Shown piece after piece: positions 55,605 to 64,000 of a stretch of DNA of 64,000 nucleotides. Location of the stretch: NCBI RefSeq assembly GCF_011386835.1, contig NC_088807.1, forward strand, positions 24,862,001 to 24,926,000, given 5' to 3'. This DNA comes from Chrysemys picta bellii. Its lineage: Eukaryota. The notes beneath the pieces were generated by a model that had not been told where the DNA came from, searched no databases, and worked only from the letters and a program-made list of their open reading frames with translations. Numbering within the stretch: position 1 is the stretch's first letter; every line of letters begins with the position of its first letter. The position numbers and the translations under genes were made by a program.

Positions 55605-58600
55605 ATGGAGGGGAGAAAACAGGGTGAGGGGAAGATGGGGCAGAGGGGGAATGGCCCCCATGGGGTGGATAACTCATGGCAATCCCACAATGCCCGTCTT
55701 TCTCATGCCCCCAGCGGGGTGATCCCACAATGCCCTTGCTCACACCAAGGGTGTGTGTGTGTGTGCGATCCCATAATCCCTTTGTCCTTCACCCCAAGGG
55801 GGATGATCCCACAACTTCCCGCTCCCTCATGCCACCAGCAGATGTGTGGGGTGTGATCCCACAGTGCCCTGCTCACTCACGCCAAGGGTGTGTATGTGAT
55901 CCCACAGTGCCCTGCTCACTCACACCAAGGGGGTGTGATCCCAGAGTGCCCTGCTCACTCACGCCAAGGGGGTGTGTGTGATCCCACAGTGCCCTGCTCA
56001 CTCACGCCAAGGGTGTGTGTGATCCTACAGTGCCCTGCTCACTCACACCGAGGGAGTTTGATCCCACAGTGCCCTGCTCACTCACACCAAGGGGGTGTGA
56101 TCCCAGAGTGCCCTGCTCACTCACGCCAAGGGTGTGTGTGTGATCCCACAGTGCCCTGCTCGCTCACACCAAGGGGGTGTGATCCCACAGTGCCCCGCTC
56201 ACTCACACCAAGGGGGTGTGTGTGATCCCACAGTGCCCTGCTCACTCACACCGAGGGGGTTTGATCCCACAGTGCCCTGCTCACTCACGCCAAGGGTGGG
56301 TGTGTGATCCCACAGTGCCCTGCTCACTCACGCCAAGGGTGTGTGTGATCCCACAGTGTCCTGCTCGCTCACGCCAAGGGTGTGTGTGTGATCCCACAGT
56401 GCCCTGCTCACTCACACCAAGGGGGTGTGATCCCAGAGTGCCCTGCTCGCTCACACCAAGGGGGTGTGATCCCACAGTGCCCCGCTCACTCACGCCAAGG
56501 GGGTGTGTGTGATCCCACAGTGCCCTGCTCACTCACGCCAAGGGTGTGTGTGATCCTACAGTGCCCTGCTCACTCACACCGAGGGGGTTTGATCCCACAG
56601 TGCCCTGCTCACTCACACCAAGGGTGTGTGTGTGATCCCACAGTGCCCTGCTTGCTCACACCAAGGGTGTGTGTGTGATCCCACAGTGCCCTGCTCACTC
56701 ACACCAAGGGGGTTTGATCCCACAGTGCCCTGCTCGCTCACACCAAGGGGGCGTGATTCCACAGTGCCCTGCTCACTCACACCAAGGGGGTGTGATCCCA
56801 CAGTGCCCTGCTCACTCACGCCAAGGGTGTGTGTGTGATCCCACAGTGCCCTATTCGCTCACGCCAACGGGGGTGATCCAATAACTCCCTGCTCCCCCAG
56901 CAGAGTGATCCCACAATGCCCTGCTCGCTCATGTCAAGGGGGGTGATCCCATAACTCCCCGCTCCCCCAGCGGAGTGATCCCACAATGCCCTGCTCGCTC
57001 ATGCCAAGGGGGGTGATCCCGTAACTCCCTGCTCCCCCAGCGGAGTGATCCCACAATGCCCTGCTCGCTCATGCCAAGGGGGGTGATCCCGTAACTCCCC
57101 GCTCCCCCAGCGGAGTGATCCCACAATGCCCTGCTCGCTCATGCCAAGAGGGGTGATCCCGTAACTCCCCACTCCCCCAGCGGAGTGATCCCACAGTGCC
57201 CTGCTCACTCACGCCAAGGGGAGGGTGATCTCAGTGCCCTGCTTGCTCATGCCATGGGGCAGCGATGCCACAGTAACCTTGTCACTCATGCCATGGGGCG
57301 GCAATCCCACAATGCCTTCTCCCTCTCGCCATGGCAATCCCACAATGCCTTTCTCCCTCATACCGTGGGCCGGATAAATCTGTGTCAACCCCACAGTGCC
57401 CTTCTCCTGAACACCAAGGGGTGGATAAATCCCCCTAGAAAGCCCAGTTACAAGCTTGAGCTGAATTTTCTGTACAACAAAGCAATTCCTTTGATTTTTT
57501 TCTTCTTCTTCCCAGTTCCCAGGGACTTTGCACCCAAGGCAGAGGAGCTGCTGTTGCTGGTGAAACAACTGCAGGATGGTATTTGGGAGCTGGGTCTGGT
57601 GGTTAGCGCTGGGAGCCAGGACTCCGGGGTTCTCTCCCCAGCTCTGGGAGGAGAGTGGGAACTAGGGGTTAGAGCTTGCGGGGCTGGGAGCCAGGTTCTC
57701 TCTCCAGCTCTGGGAGGGGATGGGGCTGGGAGCCAGGACTCCTGGGTTCTCTCTCCAGCTCTGGGAGGGGAGGGGGCTGGGAGCCAGGACTCCTGGGTTC
57801 TATCCCTAGCTCGGGGGGAGAGTGGGGTCTAGTTGTCAGAGTCTGTGAAAGGGGACTGTCCTTTTCTAGGCTGTACTAGGGACTCTCTGTGTCACATCTC
57901 TGTGCCTCAGTTTCCCCTCCCCCTTTAAGTGAAGGCAGGAATAACCCCTCTCCTCCCAAGCACGCTCAAAAGAGCCTAGGGTGAAGGACGAGTGTTAGGA
58001 ACCCAACCGGGCATATCCTTCTCCTTCTCTCTGCAGCAAGGACCCTGGAGCCCCGAATGGACGACCTGGTAGGAAGGATCAGCAGACTGCAGCGAGGTGA
58101 GGGGAGGGGAAGGCAGGGGGATGGAGCACACGGGGCTGCAGCCCACTCCCCCAGCACCCCTTACTGCCATGCCCCGTGTCCTGGGCCCCCCAGTGTCTAG
58201 CAGGGGCTAGATTCTGCTCTCACTGACAGTCCGTTTACATGGGGACACACACTGTACCCCCAAAGCCAAGCTGCTGCACCCGCCGGGGGATGCGCCGACC
58301 CCAGGAGCAGAGGCCGTTGTCCGGTTTAGCTTCCACGGCTTTGAAAGCGGCGTGTAAACGACCCCTGGACTTCAGAGCAGGGACTCTGGATTTCCCCCAG
58401 TGGGGCTGAAATCAGACTCAGGCCCTTGGTAATGCAGGGATCTATATAATCCATCCATCCTCATGTATACCTACCTTCCTATAGTTCTCTAGGTCTATAC
58501 TGACCCCTCCCTCCATCCCCGTACACCCCCCCACTATCCATCCCCATACCGACCCTTCCCTCCCTCCCTCCAACCCCACACCAGCCCATCCATCCCCATA

Positions 58601-61356
58601 CTGAGCCTTCCCTCCTTCCGTCCAACCCCACACCACTATCCATCCCCATACTGACCCCTCCCTTCATCCCCGTACACCCCCCTACTATCCATCCCCTTAC
58701 TGCCCCTTCCCTCCCTCCGTCCATCCAACCCCCCCTACTATCAATCCCCATACTGACCCCTCCCTCCATCCCTCCATCCAACCCCACACCACTATCCATC
58801 CCCATACTGACCCCTCCCCCCTCCCCGTACACCCCCTGCATTATCCATCCCCATACTGACCCTTCCCTCCCTCCCTCCAACCCCACACCAGCCCATCCAT
58901 CCCCATACACACCTCTCCATCTATCTATCTACCCATCCATCCCACACACCACTGCTCCAGCCCCTTAGACACCCCCCCTCCGCACACCCTCACCCCTAAC
59001 CCGTTTGGTGTCTCCGCAGCTAAGCAGGCTCTGAGCCGGGAGCTGCAGGATGGGAAGGCGCGCAGCGAGGAACTGCAGGCAGAGCTGGAGGAGCGTAAGT
59101 CACCCCCACCCCAGCACCACTCCCTGCGGCTCATGTTGCGCCTCAGGTCTTTGGCCCAGAGTCTCACCGGTGCCTAACTCCCCTAGGCACCAAATCCCTT
59201 TAAGGATTTGGGCCACAGCATCTTCTGAGCTCTCTTGGAGCAGGCTCCTTTGCACCGCTGGTTACTTCGCTACCCAGCTGCATGCTGCGGGGCGCTGGAC
59301 CCACTCCCTAGCGCCGGTGAGACATATCCCCGAACCCGGAGGACATGAGCCCCCAGCCTGGTTGTTCCCCCCTCCATTCTCTTGCAGTGAACGAAGAGAA
59401 GTCGAACCTGGAGGAAATCTGCAGCCAGAAGCAAGGTGAGAGCAGGCCTTTAGCGGGCCGCGGAGTGACATAAGGACGGGCTGGACAGCCGGGAGAAAGG
59501 CACTGACCGCTTTGGTCTCGCGCTTTGAGATCCACGGAGGAGACGGACTCAAGAAGAGACGGGCGTTACCATTAGCAGCGGGCTCCAGCCTTAACCACCT
59601 CTGCCCCCCAAACTCCCCATGGGCCCCCCACCAATCCCTTCTATTTCAGAGACTTCCTGCCTCTCTGCTCCTTCTCTCCACTGCCAGGGGTGCTGCGTGC
59701 CCCCAGGGGTGTTGTGTATCCCCTTTGTCCCCTCCCTCACACCAGGGTCCCCCGAGTCCCCCCATCCCAGGGCCCCCGTGTGCCCCCCATTCCACTTCCC
59801 TCACACCAGGGTCCCCCGAGTCCCCCCATCCCAGGGCCCCTGTGTGCCCCCCATTCTCCCTCCCTCACACCAGGGTCCCCCGATTCCCCCATCCCAGGGC
59901 CCCTGTGTGCCCCCCATTCTCCCTCCCTCACACCAGGGTTCCACAATTCCCCCCATCCCAGGGCCCCTGTGTGCCCCCCATTCCTCCTCCCTCACACCAG
60001 GGTCCCCCGATCTCCCCCCATCCCAGGCCTTCTGTGTCCCCCCCATTCCGCCTCCCTCACACCAGGGTCCCCCATGTCTGGAGTGAGCACCCCATGGGGA
60101 GTGGGGTGGCCCCAGCAGGGATCAGCGCGCGGTGTCTCTCTGGGAGCCGTGTCCCCAGCACTAACATGCGTGTCCCTTCCAGAGGTCCTGCGCACCCTGC
60201 AGCTCCGCTGCCAGGAGACAGAGGCCGAGGCCCAGCGGTGAGAGGGGATAGGGCAGGAGGGAGGGGTGGACAGATGGAGGGGTGTGTATGGGGATTTAGA
60301 TGGAGACTGAGAGACACAGAGAACCATACAGAGAGAGAAGGACTCCTTGGTTCAACTCTGGTAGGGGAGTGGGGTCTAGTGGTTAGAGCGGGGGAAGATG
60401 GGGGTGGGAGCCAGGACGCCTGGGTTCTATTCATGTCACGCCCTGATATTGGGCCAGGTGTTTCCGCTTCTCTGCCCACGTGCGGGGGTTGAGTAGATTC
60501 ACCTGGGGAAGGTGGCTTGGGATCCCCTGCAGGCGATAGCCTCGTCCCCTCGTCTGGGAGTCAGGCCGCCCGGGCTCACTGGCTGGGCCGCCCTTGTTCG
60601 CCCCATGCAGGCAGCAGACGCTGTCCCAGGAGCGGAAGCAGAGCATCGAGGAGCTGATGGCGAAGATCCAGGAAGAGAAGCTGAAGCAGAGGAAACAGAG
60701 GTACCCCCCGGCCCCCCAGCAGCAGACTGAACGCGGGACCCCCAGCTCTGTAGGCGGGCGTCACTACCGCTCCAACCCCCCGCCCACCCCTGGTGCCCTG
60801 GAGATGGGCACGTGTCGTGCACAGCACCCAGCACAACGGGCAATGAGCAGGAGTGGGCAGTGCATTCTGGGATATCCCGCTGCACCGAGTCTAGATGCTC
60901 CCTTCTCTCCGTGAGATCTACGGCAGCCCGATCCTCAAAGTCGATCCCTTAGCGGGTCCGGGGCATCCATCCTTGGGGCAGCCCCCTGTGTGCCAGCCAG
61001 GCCGAGCCATGGGCAAGCGCTCTGAGAGAGACCGGGGTTGCACACCCCAGTTTGTCCACCAACCACCTGGCCTAGGTGTGCGATGGTGGCTCCCTCCTGC
61101 AGCCTGAGCCTCTGCTGCGGGTTCCACTCCCTGGGCGTGTTCCTGTTCTGTCCGGGAAATTAACGACCAATCATTAACCAGCTGCCAGGCCCACAGTGCA
61201 GAGGCGGTAGTGCTCACCCTAGGCAGTCCCGGCTTTGCCACAGGCCCTCGCTTGCCAGCGCCTGCTCACCAGAGGGAGTAGAGTCACTCTAGGGGGTGAA
61301 TCAGCCCTTAGCGTCCCTCTCTGTCTCTCTCACACAGACAGCACACGGGCGCACAA

Positions 61357-61389
<33 letters not shown>

Positions 61390-63969
61390 GCAGAGCTCAT
61401 CCCCTCCAGCAGGGTACAGCAGGGACACACACACACACATAGTCACAGAGAGCAGGGCTCATCCCCCGCAGCAAGGGGGACACACACACTCACACCTGCA
61501 CACTAGGGTGACCAGATAAGTGTGAAAAATTGGGACAGGGTGGGGGGTAATAGGCACCTATATAAGAAAAAGCCCGAAATATTGGGACTGTCCCTATAAA
61601 ATCAGGACATGTGGTCACCCTACAGCACACTCACACACACACACACAGAGCAGGGCTCATCTCTTCCAGCAGGGGGTGGCAGGGACATACATGTACTGCA
61701 CTGTATGTAACGCACTCTGTGTGTGTCCCTGCTGCCCCCTGCTGGAGGGACCAGCTCTGCTGTGTGTGTGTGTGTATCCCTGCTGGAGGGGCTGAGCCGT
61801 GTGGTGTGTGTGTATGTATCCCTGCTGCCCCCTGCTGGAGGGTCTGAGCCGTGTGGTGTGTGTATCCCTGCTGCCCCCGGCTGGAGGGGATGAGCCCTGC
61901 TGTGTGTGTGTGTGTATCCCTGCTGGAGGGGCTGAGCCGTGTGCTGTGTGTGTGTGTGTATCCCTGCTGGAGGGGCTGAGCCGTGTGCTGTGTGTGTGTG
62001 TATCCCTGCTGCCCCCTGCTGGAGGGGATGAACCCTGCTCTGTGTGTGTGTGTGTGTGTTTCTGTTGTGCGCAGAACTCCACGCTCCCTGCACCCCAGCC
62101 GCTCTCTCTGCCCCATGGCAGCCCCTCACCCCCTGTTGTTTCCAGGCTGGAATTTGAGCAGCAGCTGGACGAGCTGATGGAGAAGCACAAGAGCCTCCAG
62201 GAGTGCCACGTAAGAGCCATTGGGGTCCCCCGGGGCTGTTGCTGGGCCAAGTGGGCTGGGGGTGGGGTCCAAGGGAGCGCCCCCTTGGGACAGACTGTGG
62301 GACACAACCCTACTGGGAGGGGACCTGGGCATGTGTGGGAGGGAGTGGGTTAGAGCAGAGAGTCTGACTGGGAGCCGGGATTCCTGGCTTTGAGGGGGGC
62401 TGGGAGCCAGGACAGGGGCTGAGGACACTCGGTGCTAGCAGAAGCCAAGGGTGTCCACGGTGTTTCGCTGTGGCAGCATTAGGGGTAGGGCCCTGATATA
62501 AGGCCTGCGGGGGCAGGGGAACTACCCTTTAGCTGGTACAAGCTGCGTCTCCCCTCGGAGACCAGGGGGGGTTAATGTGAGGGAAGCCCCTGGACGCCCC
62601 CACCCCAGACACTTCCTCCTCCCCATGGCAGCGTGCTCTGTGGTGAATTCCCTCCGCCTCCTCCTAGAGCATGGAGAAGCTGGCTGCCGAGATCTGCAGC
62701 ATGGCCGAGAGCAAGGAACGTTTGCTGAGCGAAGGTGATGAATCTCTCTGGGCCTCAGTTCCCAGCTGTAAAACGGGCAGAATAATCCTCCCTTGGGGCT
62801 GTCTTGTTTATTTGGAGTGCAGACGCTTGGGGGCAGGGACCATCTCTCGCTCAGGGTCTGTGCAGCGCCCAGCACGACGGGGCCCTGATCTCGGTCGGGA
62901 TCTGGGCAGCGTCTGGCACGACGGGGCCCTGATCTCGGTCAGGGTCTGGGCAGCGCCCGGCGTGACGGGGCCCTGGTCTCGGTTGGGGTCTGGGCAGCGC
63001 CCGGCACGACGGGGCCCTGATCTCAGTCAGGGTCTGGGCAGCGCCCGGCACGACGGGGCCCTGATCTCGGTCGGGGTCTGGGCAGCGCCCGGCGTGACGG
63101 GGCCCTGATCTCGGTTGGGGTCTGGGCAGCGCCCGGCGCGATGGGGAACCCTGATCTCGGTCGGGGTCTGGGCAGCGCCCGGCACGACGGGGCCCTGATC
63201 TCGGTCGGGGTCTGGGCAGCGCCCGGCGTGACGGGGCCCTGATCTCGGTCAGGGTCTGGGCAGCGCCTGGCATGACGGGGCCCTGATCTCGGTCGGGGTC
63301 TGGGCAGCACCCGGCGTGACGGGGCCCTGATCTCGGTCGGGGTCTGGGCAGCACCCGGCGTGACGGGGCCCTGATCTCGGTCGGGGTCTGGGCAGCGCCC
63401 GGCGTGATGGGGCCCTGATCTCGGTCAGGGTCTGGGCAGCGCCTGGCATGACGGGGCCCTGATCTCAGTCAGGGTCTGGGCAGCGCCCGGCGTGACGGGG
63501 CCCTGATCTCAGTCAGGGTCTGGGCAGCGTCTGGCACGACGGGAGGCCCTGATCTCAGTCAGGGTCTGGGCAGCGCCCGGCACGACAGGGGGCCCTGATC
63601 TCAGTCAGGGTCTGGGCAGCGCCCGGCACGACGGGGGGCCCTGATCTCAGTCAGGGTCTGGGCAGCGCCTGGCACAACGGGAGGCCCTGATCTCAGTCAG
63701 GGTCTGGGCAGCGCCTGGCACGACGGGGCCCTGATCTCGGTCTCTGCAGACATGTCTCAGTCCAGGAACTGGGCCCCATCCGTTCTCACTGAGATCCCAG
63801 CACCCGAGTTACGCTGCCCCGTGACGCTGTTTCTGTCATTTGCCCCAGACAAGCTGATCCGAGACAACCTGGCCCAGGTCGAGAAGCAGCTGGACTCCCT
63901 GCCCCAGGCAGAGGCAACTCCCAGCCAGGAGAGGATGTTCCTGAAGAGCCAGGAGGCCAGCACTGCCCT
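55605..63969 (+). CDS. SYCE1L: Synaptonemal complex central element protein 1 / 1-like, 3'-partial; exons 55605-55623, 57516-57578, 58037-58096, 59020-59094, 59388-59435, 60183-60237, 60611-60700, 62146-62209, 62668-62734, 63849-63969
   Basis: Exon peptides align collinearly with SYCE1 as recalled: TLEPRMDDLVGRISRLQ, LNEEKSNLEEICSQKQEVLRTLQLRCQETEAEAQR, LEFEQQLDELMEKH, EKLAAEICSMAESKERLLSE and MFLKSQEA. All phases are consistent. The symbol was chosen from adjacency to MON1B, and exon 1 is less certain. Confidence 0.88.
55850..57240. repeat. ~41-46 bp minisatellite, SYCE1L intron 1
   Basis: About 25 copies of GATCCCACAGTGCCCTGCTCACTCAC(A/G)CCAAGGG(G/T)GTGT, grading into a longer variant after ~56880. 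Confidence 0.95.
58490..58930. repeat. C/A-rich degenerate minisatellite
   Basis: Repeated CCATCCCCATACTGACCCCTCCCTCC. Confidence 0.85.
59735..60075. repeat. ~53 bp minisatellite
   Basis: About 6 copies of CCTCACACCAGGGTCCCCCGA..CCCCATCCCAGGGCCCCTGTGTGCCCCCCATT. Confidence 0.9.
61380..62050. repeat. (GT)n-containing minisatellite with CCAGCAGGGG motifs, related to 21420-22085
   Basis: Repeated TATCCCTGCTG(CCCCCTGCTG)GAGGGGCTGAGCCGTGTG(TG)n. Confidence 0.85.
61504..61622. mobile_element. hAT-type MITE
   Basis: TIRs TAGGGTGACCA / TGGTCACCCTA with flanking 8-mers CTGCACAC and CAGCACAC (7/8 TSD match). Confidence 0.85.
62870..63745. repeat. 43 bp minisatellite, SYCE1L intron 9
   Basis: About 20 copies of TGGGCAGCGCCCGGC(A/G)(C/T)GACGGGGCCCTGATCTCGGTCGGGGTC. 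Confidence 0.95.
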
Positions 63970-64000
63970 GTGAGTGCTGAGTGCCACCAGCCCTGTGCCA

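Noticed and set aside
58253-58266. 14 bp match (CTGTACCCCCAAAG) to the reverse complement of the candidate transposon end near 31720-31733
   Set aside because: It is 26 kb away with whole genes in between and the match does not extend, so it is most likely chance rather than a TIR.

Overview
Vertebrate genomic DNA from a very GC-rich, minisatellite-dense, gene-dense region. The CR1 LINE tails and repeat families resemble those of a turtle microchromosome (organism is an inference). Six spliced genes were reconstructed by hand from GT-AG exons with consistent phases: a RhoA/RhoC-subfamily GTPase (+, last 3 coding exons only), CCDC115 (-), IMP4 (+), PTPN18 (-), MON1B (+) and a SYCE1/SYCE1L-family gene (+, runs off the window). 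Nearly all long ORFs in the supplied track are artefacts of GC-rich tandem repeats. Other content: two ~2.7 kb antisense CR1 copies, CR1 3' fragments, several hAT-type non-autonomous elements, a decayed tRNA-Glu(TTC) gene and many minisatellites. The most unusual observations are: (1) a ~150 bp near-perfect fold-back copy of the IMP4 terminal exon just after its stop codon; (2) a 15-unit array in a PTPN18 intron with a conserved palindromic core and diverged spacers; (3) a Rho paralog that matches neither mammalian RHOA nor RHOC and sits in a paralogous neighbourhood; (4) a relic of an XPG-nuclease/Cys-rich (Academ-like) DNA transposon; (5) several unrelated minisatellites carrying CTCF-consensus motifs or tRNA-like heads; (6) a CRE/ATF4-type site cluster and an overlapping uORF at MON1B. 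All homology calls are by eye from remembered sequences; no searches were run.
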